DNA of 44,888 bases from Alphaproteobacteria bacterium. GTDB taxonomy: Bacteria; Pseudomonadota; Alphaproteobacteria; Caedimonadales; UBA9215. The stretch covers positions 1 to 44,888 of the forward strand of contig JAJRPZ010000022.1 in NCBI GenBank assembly GCA_024280495.1, given 5' to 3'. Under the pieces are notes generated by a model. The model saw nothing but the letters and a program-made list of their open reading frames with translations, ran no database searches and had not been told where the DNA came from. How positions within the stretch are numbered: the stretch's first letter is position 1; each line of letters opens with the position of its first letter. Positions 9,984 to 19,371 of this stretch are shown piece after piece. Made by a program: the position numbers and the translations under genes.

Positions 9984-11141
9984 CTATATTGCTTTCTGTC
10001 CAATATCATAAATACGGTGATATCGTGAGCCGTGTCGCACCATCAATTCATAAACGGAAGTACCTTCGTTTTGGGCAAAATCCATTGTACTTGTAATATC
10101 ACCATAAAGTTTAGCCCACATATGAGCATGAACGGATTCAAGGGGGTGATCTGTGATATCCACCATCAAGACATCCATAGAAACAGTCCCAATAATAGGG
10201 GCTGATTTTCCATTAATCATCACATGGCCTTTGTTTGAGGCAGCACGCATAACACCATCACAATGTCCAATAGATATTAAGGCAACACGGGTATCATGTT
10301 TGCACACATGGGTGCAGTTATAACCGATGCTTTCACCAGAAAGAACAGTCCGAGTTAATAAAATTCGTGCGTAGGCCGCCAAACAAGGTTTTAAATTTAA
10401 GAGAGTACTATAGGTTTCATTTTTATAACCATAAAGAGCCATGCCAGGACGAACCAAATCAAATTGATAATTTTCCCCAAGGGCAATGGCACTGGAATTA
10501 GCAAAGGTCGCAAGTGAGGCTTTGGTATCAGGTAGCAAGTTTCTAGCAGCCAAAAAACGATCCAATTGGACCTTATTTTTTTCAGAACCAGAATTATTGG
10601 AATTAGCCATGTGGCTCATAATATAAAGGATTTCTAGATGGGAATGATGATCACTGCCTTGAACATATTGCCTTAAGTCTTTTTGAGACAATCCCTCACG
10701 CCCCATTCCCGTATCCACATGGAGAATGCAAGGTAATTTCTTTTTTTGTTTTTTGGCAAAATCTGCCCAACGTTGCGCCTGATCTAAACTAATCAAGCAA
10801 GGCACTAGATTATGATCAAAAAATAAATTCTCCGTTCCTGGAAACACGCCATTTAAAACAAAAATCGTTACATCATAGTGCCCAAGGGATTCATGGTGTA
10901 AGCGCGCCTGAATAGCCTCATATATATAAGCAAAAAAGAAATGACGACATCCAACATCATAAAGTGCTTTTCCCACTTGATCTTGCCCCACGCCATAGGC
11001 ATCGGCCTTTAAAACAGCAGAACAAACGGTGCCAGGTTTTACAAAATCCTGGAGCAGTTTATAATTGGATTGAATGGCCGATAAATCCACATAAAGAACA
11101 CAGGATTTTTCGGGCGGAACGGTATTGAATAAATCTTTCAT
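9984..11141 (-). CDS. alr: Alanine racemase
   Basis: PLP-lysine motif AVLKADAYGVG, and the C-terminal region VRPGMALYGY...VSMDVLMVDIT. Confidence 0.9.
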   Translation of the reverse strand: MKDLFNTVPPEKSCVLYVDLSAIQSNYKLLQDFVKPGTVCSAVLKADAYGVGQDQVGKALYDVGCRHFFFAYIYEAIQARLHHESLGHYDVTIFVLNGVFPGTENLFFDHNLVPCLISLDQAQRWADFAKKQKKKLPCILHVDTGMGREGLSQKDLRQYVQGSDHHSHLEILYIMSHMANSNNSGSEKNKVQLDRFLAARNLLPDTKASLATFANSSAIALGENYQFDLVRPGMALYGYKNETYSTLLNLKPCLAAYARILLTRTVLSGESIGYNCTHVCKHDTRVALISIGHCDGVMRAASNKGHVMINGKSAPIIGTVSMDVLMVDITDHPLESVHAHMWAKLYGDITSTMDFAQNEGTSVYELMVRHGSRYHRIYDIGQKAI

Positions 11142-11260
11142 TCTTTAAGTATAGATGATGAAAGACTCTTTGGTAAGATTTATTTTAAAGGGAAGTTACC
11201 CATTAAACAATGTGGGCCTGTTCGATTTTATAGGACCGCCTTTATAATTTATAGGTTTTT

Positions 11261-11947
11261 TTATTTGATATTTAAAGGGCTTTTGATTTTCGAGTTTTTT
11301 GTGCCCACAGGCATTAACCTTTTTTGTGAAGAGGGGGTGATCGATAAATTTTTTATCTTGTTGGGGAGTTGATCTTGGATGGCATGTCCCGTTGTTATAC
11401 CAGAAATAACTCTTTCCATTGATCGTTTTATAATAGAGTTTTTTTCCACAATTTCAGTTTTTCTATTGTCCATAATAATTTTTATTTGCTTCTCTTTTAG
11501 CTCTTTAAGTGCAACTTTTTTTCTTTTTAAAATGGCCGTGTCATAATTTTTTTGAGCCAACAGAGCTTCTTCTCTGAGGTCATCAAAGGCCTCCGCTTTT
11601 GCTTGGTAAGCACTCTCTTGAGGTGTTGGGATGTATCGCATTGATTCAATATCAGGTGATATCTTTGTCACCCTCTTTGAGAAAAGTAGTTTTTGTTTTT
11701 CAGTAAAATTTCTTTTCTTTAAAGGGTAAATACTCATCAGCTCTTTGGCACGTTTTGGATCTGGCGTTGTATAACAATCAGGGGTACCAAGGGTTTTATA
11801 GCAATAAAGAGGTGGTTGTTGTTCTGAATCTTCGACAAAAACTTTTGCCCAACCCTCATCCAAAATTTCTTCTGCAGGACGATATCCCTTACCATGACAA
11901 CCTATGAGCACAAGTGTAACAAAAATAGTAATCAGAGATTTAAACAT
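11261..11947 (-). CDS. Hypothetical lipoprotein with a Lys/Glu-rich coiled-coil-like C-terminal half
   Basis: Signal peptide ending in the lipobox-like VLIGC. No recognisable catalytic motif. 228-aa ORF with no competing ORF. Confidence 0.55.
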   Translation of the reverse strand: MFKSLITIFVTLVLIGCHGKGYRPAEEILDEGWAKVFVEDSEQQPPLYCYKTLGTPDCYTTPDPKRAKELMSIYPLKKRNFTEKQKLLFSKRVTKISPDIESMRYIPTPQESAYQAKAEAFDDLREEALLAQKNYDTAILKRKKVALKELKEKQIKIIMDNRKTEIVEKNSIIKRSMERVISGITTGHAIQDQLPNKIKNLSITPSSQKRLMPVGTKNSKIKSPLNIK

Positions 11948-12238
11948 TATTAATAATCCTGTTTGAATTCTTAAATAGGGTCCGATGTCTTGTAAAACCT
12001 GTCAAGGTATATAAACGTATAAAATTTCAAACAACAATTTATAAAGTTCTTCTCTATGAAAATGTTTTTTGTTGATGACGAAGTTATTTCATGTAGTGAT
12101 TTCCATAATTTTGATATGATTTACACGCTTGCGTAAATCTAAACTGTAAGCCATGAAACTCTTTTTTTATTTAGATTACACATCAGGCGAAACTTTTTGA
12201 GAATTTCTATACGATATGGTTCAACATGAAGAAAAAAG

Positions 12239-12358
12239 TTATCCTCTCTTCTCATTGGATTCTTTACGTTCTGTATTTTTAAGCTCAAACCACATGGCGT
12301 TCAAAATGGCGAATGAACATGCGAGCCCTAAACCTAATACCCAAGAAAAATACCACAT
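12239..12358 (-). CDS. cydX: Cytochrome bd oxidase small subunit CydX (39 aa)
   Basis: Not in the ORF track because it is under 60 aa. The minus-strand ATG at 12358 lies 28 nt downstream of the cydB stop and is preceded by AAGGA. It translates to MWYFSWVLGLGLACSFAILNAMWFELKNTERKESNEKRG, which has the CydX-type MWYF.W.LG start and a single TM helix. Confidence 0.75.
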   Translation of the reverse strand: MWYFSWVLGLGLACSFAILNAMWFELKNTERKESNEKRG

Positions 12359-12386
12359 TTTATTATCCTTTTTAGAAGTGTCTTAT

Positions 12387-13535
12387 TTAATAAGAGTTAC
12401 CCTCTTTCAAAATTGTATCTAAAGAAACTTTTCCCTTGAGAACCCGATAAACCCATGCCGTATAAGCTAAAATTAACGGTAAAAAAATCAGTGTTGCGAT
12501 CAACATTATAAAGAGGGTGAGTTGGGAACTACTGGAATCCCATACAGTAAGGCTATGGCTGGGATTTGTACTGGAGGGCATCAAAAAGGGAAATAAGGAA
12601 CAACCCGCTGTTGTTATTACAAAAAAGGTTGTTAAAGAACTGGTTATAAAAGCCAACATAGATTTTCGTGCAGCTAATAAAAATGTTGTCATTAAGGACA
12701 TTAAGATCGCGACGCCTGGTACGGCAAAGGTTCTGGGATCATCCAAATGCCACTTTACCCAGGCCCCGACTTGGGGTTCAACAACTTTAGCAACTGGGTT
12801 AGAGGGCCCAGCGGTATTAAGTGCACTTACGATTTGATATCCATCGATAAAAACATACAAATACCAACCGCACAAGGCAAAAAGAATAGGAATTAAGACA
12901 CCGAGAAGCATTCCTGCACGTCGTGATCGTTTTTCAACTTTCCCTTCGGTTTTAAGGTAAAGAAATCCTGCCCCCTGCATTAACATCATCAATAATGCCA
13001 GAATGCCACACATCAATGGAAAGGGAGTGAGCAGGTCAAAAAAACCACCCGTATAGGTAGCGCGAAGGTCCTGATCAAAGGAGAAGGGTACCCCAAGAAA
13101 AAGATTACCAAATGCCACACCAAAAATAATAGCGGGTACGAGGCCACCGACAAAAAGACTCATATCCCAAAATTGACGCCAGGCAGGACTCGGCATTTTA
13201 CTGCGAAACTTAAACCCAACGGGGCGAATAATAATGGCAAAAAGCGCCAAGAAAATAGCGAAATAAAATCCTGAAAAAGAAATGGCATACAGAGGAGGCC
13301 AAGCTGCAAAAATAGCACCGCCACCAAGAACCAGCCATACTTGATTACCTTCCCAAACGGGACCAACGGTATTGAGAACAATGCGACGCTCTGCATCATT
13401 GCGCGCAACAAATGGTAAGAGTCCTGCAACTCCAAGGTCGAATCCATCCATAATGGCAAATCCAATGAGCAACACGCCTAATAGTGCCCACCAAACAACT
13501 CTTAAGATTTCATAGTCAATCATACCTGACTCCAT
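12387..13535 (-). CDS. cydB: Cytochrome bd ubiquinol oxidase subunit II
   Basis: 382-aa polytopic protein with a typical CydB start (DYEILRVVWWALLGVLLIGFAIMDGFDLG). Lies 20 nt downstream of cydA. Confidence 0.93.
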   Translation of the reverse strand: MESGMIDYEILRVVWWALLGVLLIGFAIMDGFDLGVAGLLPFVARNDAERRIVLNTVGPVWEGNQVWLVLGGGAIFAAWPPLYAISFSGFYFAIFLALFAIIIRPVGFKFRSKMPSPAWRQFWDMSLFVGGLVPAIIFGVAFGNLFLGVPFSFDQDLRATYTGGFFDLLTPFPLMCGILALLMMLMQGAGFLYLKTEGKVEKRSRRAGMLLGVLIPILFALCGWYLYVFIDGYQIVSALNTAGPSNPVAKVVEPQVGAWVKWHLDDPRTFAVPGVAILMSLMTTFLLAARKSMLAFITSSLTTFFVITTAGCSLFPFLMPSSTNPSHSLTVWDSSSSQLTLFIMLIATLIFLPLILAYTAWVYRVLKGKVSLDTILKEGNSY

Positions 13536-13555
13536 TTTTTAAATTTCAATATCGT

Positions 13556-15085
13556 TTATTGAGAAAGAGCTTTATCAGGGCCTAACTTAATATATTTTTT
13601 CATCAAGATCACATCCACTATCAATAGAACTGTATAAAAAACAATAAAGGCTATGAGGGTCGTCCAAACTTGACCGCTGGAAATTTCAGATCCACTGAGA
13701 AAAGTGGGTAAAATCTCATCAATGGTCCAAGGCTGTCTACCATGTTCAGCTAACAACCAACCACATTGAATGGCAATCCAAGGGAAAGGTAGACTTATAA
13801 TAGACATTTTTAGAAACCAGCGCTTTTCCTGGAAGATTTGACGGGATGAATAGTAAAAAGCCATGGCAAATAATAAAATCATATAGAGGCCGAGGCCAAC
13901 CATGATTCTAAAAGTCCAAAACAGTGTCGGTACATTTGGAACTGTGTAATCGGCTGCTTTTTGTACAATATCAGCACCAGCGTTTTCCACATCATCAGTA
14001 AAACGTTTTAAAAGAAGCCCATACCCAAGGTAAATTTCATTCTCATTCAACAGAGCTCTTGCATGTTTGTCCTGCGGATTTTGACGAACCCGTTGAAGAG
14101 CCCCATAGGCTTTTTGACCTTTGACGATTTTACCTTTTGCTTCCTCCACAAGATCCTTGATACCAGGAACCTTTGTGTTAAAAGTACGTGTAGCAATAAT
14201 ACCAAGGGCCCATGGAATACTAACTTCGTAATGGGTGATTTGTTTTTCCGTATCTGGAATACCAAAAATAGTAAGGCTCGCGGGGGCTTCATGTGTCTCC
14301 CACATAGCCTCCATAGCTGCTAACTTCATTTTTTGGCCATGGGACATGCTATAACCACTTTCATCTCCCAAAACCACGACGGATAAAGCGGATGCTAAGC
14401 CAAAGCTCGCAGCCACAACCATAGAGCGTTTTGCAAAGGCAACGTGGCGGCCCCGTAAAAGATAAAAAGCACTAATGGATAAAACAAACATTGCCCCTGT
14501 TACGTAACCCGCACTCACAGTATGGACGAATTTTGCTTGGGCTACAGGGTTAAATAAAATATCGTAAAAAGACGTCATTTCCATGCGCATAGTTTCAGGA
14601 TTAAATTTAGAACCCACTGGATTTTGCATCCATCCATTGGCGACTAAAATCCAAAGGGCAGAAAAATTAGACCCCAGAGCCACAAGCCAAGTGACCACCA
14701 AATGCGCTACCTTTGATAAACGATTCCAACCAAAGAAAAAAAGGCCAATAAATGTTGCTTCAAGAAAAAATGCCATAAGCCCTTCAATGGCCAATAATGA
14801 ACCAAAAATATCGCCAACATACTGAGAATAATAAGCCCAATTTGTACCAAATTGAAATTCTAGAGGAACGCCAGTACAAACGCCCATGGCAAAGTTAATA
14901 CCAAATAGAATACCCCAGAACTTTGTCATATCCCGCCAGATCACATTTCCAGTCATCACATAAACACTCTCCATAATGGCGAGCATAAAAGAAAGCCCCA
15001 AAGTTAAGGGCACAAACAGAAAGTGATACATGGCAGTCATGCCAAATTGAAGTCTGGATAAATCAAGGGAGCTGATATCAGTCAT
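13556..15085 (-). CDS. cydA: Cytochrome bd ubiquinol oxidase subunit I
   Basis: LSRLQFGMTAMYHFLFVPLTLG N-terminus, a Q-loop region, and the conserved GWLLAEHGRQPWTI motif. Confidence 0.95.
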   Translation of the reverse strand: MTDISSLDLSRLQFGMTAMYHFLFVPLTLGLSFMLAIMESVYVMTGNVIWRDMTKFWGILFGINFAMGVCTGVPLEFQFGTNWAYYSQYVGDIFGSLLAIEGLMAFFLEATFIGLFFFGWNRLSKVAHLVVTWLVALGSNFSALWILVANGWMQNPVGSKFNPETMRMEMTSFYDILFNPVAQAKFVHTVSAGYVTGAMFVLSISAFYLLRGRHVAFAKRSMVVAASFGLASALSVVVLGDESGYSMSHGQKMKLAAMEAMWETHEAPASLTIFGIPDTEKQITHYEVSIPWALGIIATRTFNTKVPGIKDLVEEAKGKIVKGQKAYGALQRVRQNPQDKHARALLNENEIYLGYGLLLKRFTDDVENAGADIVQKAADYTVPNVPTLFWTFRIMVGLGLYMILLFAMAFYYSSRQIFQEKRWFLKMSIISLPFPWIAIQCGWLLAEHGRQPWTIDEILPTFLSGSEISSGQVWTTLIAFIVFYTVLLIVDVILMKKYIKLGPDKALSQ

Positions 15086-15108
15086 AGTATTACTTCCGAT
15101 CCTCTTTC

Positions 15109-15279
15109 TTAGAATTTTTTCTTATTTTTATTGAGGGACGTATAAATATCAGAACGCAGAACGGGGGTACTTGTTTCCTTATGGTGTTTTTTATATTGTG
15201 AAAAAAAATATCCAAGGGCTACAAGCAACGCAATTTTGACGCACAACGCCAATCCAAGATCTTTTTGATATCGTCTCAT
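15109..15279 (-). CDS. Candidate small membrane protein (56 aa) immediately upstream of cydA
   Basis: Minus-strand ATG at 15279 and TAA at 15109-15111, 23 nt before the cydA ATG. Translation: MRRYQKDLGLALCVKIALLVALGYFFSQYKKHHKETSTPVLRSDIYTSLNKNKKKF. That gives a basic N-terminus, one hydrophobic helix and a basic tail. The ribosome-binding site is weak (gaag). Confidence 0.3.
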   Translation of the reverse strand: MRRYQKDLGLALCVKIALLVALGYFFSQYKKHHKETSTPVLRSDIYTSLNKNKKKF

Positions 15280-15358
15280 ACTTCTATCATATCAGAGAAT
15301 AATAGTACGTAAACACCAAATAAATAAAGGGCTACTCACTTTCGAGTTCCTCCTTTTT

Positions 15359-16348
15359 TTAAACTGTCAATACATCTTCTTCTTTTAAATCAAGTTGGTC
15401 CAGAAATTCACGCCATTCACGCCCCCCCATGCCTTTATTATCTGGGTCAATTTTTTGACCAGAGATCAACTTTTTCACGAGTTTTGTGGCTGGTTCGCTG
15501 AGATGCATTGCATTTTTGCGATATTTCATGAAGGCATCATAGGAAAGGGGAACCCATTTCTTAACAAGCTCAAGCATAGTGTTTGCATATTCTTGAATTT
15601 CATATTGTGCGTGAGGATCTGCACGTAAACTGAGAAAATGCATAAGATTATGTAAATCAACTTTCCAATACCATTCTGTATAATAGTTCATTGTTAGATT
15701 CATACGTGCTAACTCGCGAGTTAATCCAGAACGAGATTCATCTAGAATTTTTTCATCTTCATCCTGATTCAGCATTTCCTTATAATGGTCATAACAGCGC
15801 TCTGAATCAGAACGCAAAATATCGAGAACGCGCTCAGATTCTTCTGGAGAAAGAACCCCATCACGACCTTGTTTGTTCAAAGTGGATTGCACGGCCAATT
15901 GCTCTGGCTTTGGAATATAAAATTCCTTTGAAAGAATAGAATAACGCGCAGAATATTCATTAACATTTGCTGTACGATGACGAATCCATTGACGAGCAAT
16001 AAAAATAGGGAGTTTCACGTGAAATTTAATTTCACACATCTCAAAAGGTGTCGTGTGACGATGGCGCATCAAATAATCAATAAGCCCTTTGTCTTTGCTT
16101 AATACTTTAGTACCTTTACCGTAGGAAACACGGGCAGATTGAGTGACTGCAGCATCATTCCCCATGTAATCAACGACCCTAACAAAACCTTTATCAAGAA
16201 CTGGAAACTGATCATACAAAACTGCATCTAATTCTTCGGACATGGCTCGACGGGTTTGGAAGATTTCATCCATATTGTCGCAAGATGCAGCATCGTTTTC
16301 TTTTTGAGGTAGAGTTGTTGTTTTATCCGTTATTTGAACAGTAGACAT
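15359..16348 (-). CDS. thyX: Flavin-dependent thymidylate synthase
   Basis: ThyX motif [14 protein letters not shown], and [20 protein letters not shown] as in rickettsial ThyX. The track's 16378 start is a TTG. The ATG at 16348 (MSTVQ...) has AAGGA 10 nt upstream. An ATG at 16243 would give 294 aa. Confidence 0.88.
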   Translation of the reverse strand: MSTVQITDKTTTLPQKENDAASCDNMDEIFQTRRAMSEELDAVLYDQFPVLDKGFVRVVDYMGNDAAVTQSARVSYGKGTKVLSKDKGLIDYLMRHRHTTPFEMCEIKFHVKLPIFIARQWIRHRTANVNEYSARYSILSKEFYIPKPEQLAVQSTLNKQGRDGVLSPEESERVLDILRSDSERCYDHYKEMLNQDEDEKILDESRSGLTRELARMNLTMNYYTEWYWKVDLHNLMHFLSLRADPHAQYEIQEYANTMLELVKKWVPLSYDAFMKYRKNAMHLSEPATKLVKKLISGQKIDPDNKGMGGREWREFLDQLDLKEEDVLTV

Positions 16349-16538
16349 GGGATGGTTTCCTTTAACTTTGTACTTCAAAAATGTAGCACAAGAGGTAGAG
16401 CATTGGAAGATACCGTCAAGTCACAACTATGGAGTGATTCCAAGATATCCCAGACGTCCTCAATCCCTCCCGCGCCTATAAGTTTAGGCGTTGTTTCCTC
16501 TACCTAGACCGGAACATTCTTGGAAACAGCATAATCAA

Positions 16539-17087
16539 TTATTTTTTGATAGAAAGTTCTGGAGCGACAACCATCATCATTTGACGACCTTCCATTTTAG
16601 CGTGGGTTTCGATTTTAGCGACACCTTCTAAGTCATCAGTTACACGTTTCATGATTTTAAAACCGATTTCTTTATGGGCAATTTGACGGCCACGAAAACG
16701 CATTGAAAATTTAACTTTGTTGCCAGCATCCAAAAATTTGTGAGCAGATTTCATCTTGATTTGATAGTCATGATTCTCGATGGTGGGACCAAGTTTTAAT
16801 TCTTTAAGCTCAACGGTTTTTTGTTTTTTTCTTGCTTCTGCCAAGCGCTTTTGTTCTTGGTACTTGTATTTACCAAAGTCTGTTATTTTACAAACGGGTG
16901 GTTCGGCATTAGGAGAAACTTCAATCAAATCCAGACCAGAATCAAGAGCCTTTTCAAGGGCAACGGCAATAGGGTGGACTCCCAGCATTTCTCCAGCGTC
17001 ATCTAGAAGGCGGACTTCTTTTGCCGTAATTTCTTTATTAACGCGTGGACCTTTTTTCTTGGGGGACTTTTGGAAAGGGTTACGAAT
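16539..17087 (-). CDS. infC: Translation initiation factor IF-3, AUU start codon
   Basis: The track ORF (16539..16988) is N-terminally truncated. The frame stays open upstream and encodes (I)RNPFQKSPKKKGPRVNKEITAKEVRLLDDAGEMLGV, which is the conserved IF-3 N-domain. An in-frame TAA lies just upstream. AAGGAG sits 7 nt before ATT at 17085-17087. There is no ATG, GTG or TTG in that interval. Confidence 0.9.
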   Translation of the reverse strand: MRNPFQKSPKKKGPRVNKEITAKEVRLLDDAGEMLGVHPIAVALEKALDSGLDLIEVSPNAEPPVCKITDFGKYKYQEQKRLAEARKKQKTVELKELKLGPTIENHDYQIKMKSAHKFLDAGNKVKFSMRFRGRQIAHKEIGFKIMKRVTDDLEGVAKIETHAKMEGRQMMMVVAPELSIKK

Positions 17088-17199
17088 GGGTAGTCTCCTT
17101 TAATTTTTTTAAATCTATTTTATTGTTTTGTATATGATTCTGCAAAAATATACAACTTTAGTTTACGGGATCTGCAACAGGAAGGCAAGCTCACCCTTT

Positions 17200-19122
17200 T
17201 TAACCCTTTGAGGGTGGCGTTGCTTCCTGTGCAATCTCTATTAAGGCCTCATCCAAAGACTTCATAATTTGCTCTTTTGAACCAAGGCGCCTAATGGCAA
17301 CGGTGCGTTCTTCTGTTTCGCGCTTTCCCACAACAAAAATAACGGGGACTTTCCCATGGGAATGCTCACGTATTTTATAAGTCATTTTTTCATTACGAAG
17401 GTCATTTTCAACACGAATACCAAGGGCTTTTAATTTCTCGGTAATTTTTTCTGCATAGGTGTTGTTTTCTGAAGAAATAGGAACAATGACTACCTGTGTT
17501 GGGGCAAGCCATAAGGGGAAACGCCCAGCATAGTTTTCGATCAAAATACCAAGAAAACGCTCAAATGTACCAAGAATAGCACGGTGAATCATAACTGGGC
17601 GGTGTTTTTCACCGTCTTCACCTATATAGGTCGCATCAAGGCGTTCAGGAAGAACAAGGTCAACTTGGAAAGTTCCACATTGCCATTCACGTCCGATGGC
17701 ATCTTTTAGAATAAATTCAAGTTTCGGGCCATAAAAAGCACCCTCACCTGGATTTAAAACATAATCAAGTCCAGCCAATTTTGTAGCTTCAAGCAAAGCT
17801 CCTTCAGCCTTATCCCAGGTTTCATCGGTTCCTGAACGTACTTCTGGTCTGTCGGAAAAACGCACATGAATGGTGTCAAATCCAAAATCTTTATAAATCA
17901 ACTTCAAAAGACGACAAAATTCTTGGGTTTCACTAATAATTTGGTCTTCCGTACAAAAAATATGACCGTCGTCTTGAACCATGGCGCGCACACGCATGAG
18001 CCCATGTAAAGCACCAGATGCTTCATTTCGATGACAACAGCCAAATTCAGCCATGCGCAACGGTAAATCACGATAACTTTTGATGCCTTGTTTGAAAATT
18101 TGAATATGACAGGGACAGTTCATGGGCTTCATGGCCATGGCATTTGCATTGTCGCCATCTTCTGTAGTGAACATGTTTTCTCTGAATTTTTCCCAGTGAC
18201 CTGATTTCTCCCATAAAACACGATCCACTAAAATAGGCGTATTTACTTCTTTGTAATCTGCCTTAATCAAGCGATCTCGTATATAATTTTGAAGGGCTTG
18301 ATAAACGGACCAACCTTTGGGATGCCAAAAAACAGACCCAGGAGCTTCAGGTTGCAAGTGGAAAAGTTCCATTTGTTTACCCAAACGACGGTGATCTCTC
18401 TTTTCTGCTTCTTCAATCATGGTGAGATGAGCGGCTAATTGTTTATCCGTTGCCCAGGCTGTCCCATAAATTCTTTGAAGCATAACGTTTTTTGAGTCAC
18501 CACGCCAATAAGCCCCCGCAAGCTTCATAAGCTTAAAGGCCTTTCCTATTTTAGAAGTAGAAGGTAAATGAGGTCCGCGACAAAGGTCAATAAAATCTCC
18601 TTGACGATACAAAGTTATGGTTTCTCCAGCAGGAATATCAGAAATAATTTCTGCTTTATAATCTTCACCAATTTCTTTGAAAAAATCGATGGCTTTGTCT
18701 CTGTCCCATTCCTCACGAACAATTTCGATATTTTGATCCACTAGGTGACGCATTTTTTTTTCGATAAGCTCAAGATCTTCGGGAGTAAAACTCTTCTCAC
18801 GAAAAAAATCGTAATAAAATCCATTTTCAATGGCAGGGCCGATGGTAACTTGAGTCTCTGGGTAGAGTTCTTGAACGGCTTGGGCCATCAAGTGAGCTGC
18901 ATCATGGCGAATGATTTCAAGGGCCTCATCGTCTTTTTTTGTGACAAGGGAAATAGTGGCATCTCGATCGATGGGGCGGATTAGATCCCACATATCACCA
19001 TTTACCTTAATGGCAACGGACTCTTTCGCGAGGCCTTTACTGATATCCATTGCAATATCGAACCCGCTAATTGGGGAATCAAATTGCTTTTTTTTGCCGT
19101 CTGGGAAAGTAATATGAATCAT
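17200..19122 (-). CDS. thrS: Threonine--tRNA ligase
   Basis: 640 aa with TGS, editing, class II core and anticodon domains. Motifs [26 protein letters not shown] and [11 protein letters not shown]. Lies upstream of infC as in most bacteria. Confidence 0.97.
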   Translation of the reverse strand: MIHITFPDGKKKQFDSPISGFDIAMDISKGLAKESVAIKVNGDMWDLIRPIDRDATISLVTKKDDEALEIIRHDAAHLMAQAVQELYPETQVTIGPAIENGFYYDFFREKSFTPEDLELIEKKMRHLVDQNIEIVREEWDRDKAIDFFKEIGEDYKAEIISDIPAGETITLYRQGDFIDLCRGPHLPSTSKIGKAFKLMKLAGAYWRGDSKNVMLQRIYGTAWATDKQLAAHLTMIEEAEKRDHRRLGKQMELFHLQPEAPGSVFWHPKGWSVYQALQNYIRDRLIKADYKEVNTPILVDRVLWEKSGHWEKFRENMFTTEDGDNANAMAMKPMNCPCHIQIFKQGIKSYRDLPLRMAEFGCCHRNEASGALHGLMRVRAMVQDDGHIFCTEDQIISETQEFCRLLKLIYKDFGFDTIHVRFSDRPEVRSGTDETWDKAEGALLEATKLAGLDYVLNPGEGAFYGPKLEFILKDAIGREWQCGTFQVDLVLPERLDATYIGEDGEKHRPVMIHRAILGTFERFLGILIENYAGRFPLWLAPTQVVIVPISSENNTYAEKITEKLKALGIRVENDLRNEKMTYKIREHSHGKVPVIFVVGKRETEERTVAIRRLGSKEQIMKSLDEALIEIAQEATPPSKG

Positions 19123-19212
19123 TGTCTCTCGGAATCTATATGGAGTTAGGTTGCATTATTATAATATTGGGATTGTGGCAATAAAGCAGAAAAAAGACAA
19201 TGGAAAAAATGA

Positions 19213-19371
19213 TTAGCTAACATTTTTACAGGGCTAAGGCGTAGAAGTTCATACCACCAAGGTATCTCAGGAATTGAAAATATAAGAATTATTCAAAAAG
19301 GACAAATCAACAGACAAACACCTCTTGTTAATTATCTTACTAAGGGATTCCTAGATACTTATATTTGGTAG
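19213..19371 (+). pseudogene. Relic of an IS6-family (IS26/IS240-like) transposase C-terminus, about 52 codons with no start codon
   Basis: The open frame translates to LANIFTGLRRRSSYHQGISGIENIRIIQKGQINRQTPLVNYLTKGFLDTYIW*. The segment GLRRRSSYHQGISGIENIRIIQKGQ aligns residue-for-residue with my recollection of the IS26 Tnp tail GFKSMKTAYATIKGIEVMRALRKGQ. There is no ATG and no DDE region upstream. It lies in a 443-bp divergent intergenic region. Confidence 0.45.

Noticed and set aside
12216-12422. 68-aa plus-strand ORF downstream of cydB.
   Set aside because: The same DNA encodes CydX on the minus strand, with a proper SD and the hallmark MWYF.W.LG start. The plus-strand ORF also overlaps the cydB 3' end.
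16381-16538. Possible SRP (4.5S) RNA or tRNA-like gene in the infC-thyX spacer. The minus strand reads ...ccggtctaggtagaggaaacaacgcc..., vaguely like the GGUCC-GGAA-GGAAGCAGCC core.
   Set aside because: The GNRA tetraloop helix and the symmetric-loop pairing cannot be formed, and no T-arm or acceptor structure is present. Kept only as a low-interest structured spacer.
19205-19219. 15-mer aaaaatgattagcta shared between 19205-19219 and 44225-44239, taken on its own as evidence of a repeat family.
   Set aside because: In a 45-kb AT-rich window a few 15-nt identities are expected by chance. I mention it only as supporting context for the two mobile-element findings, not as an independent feature.
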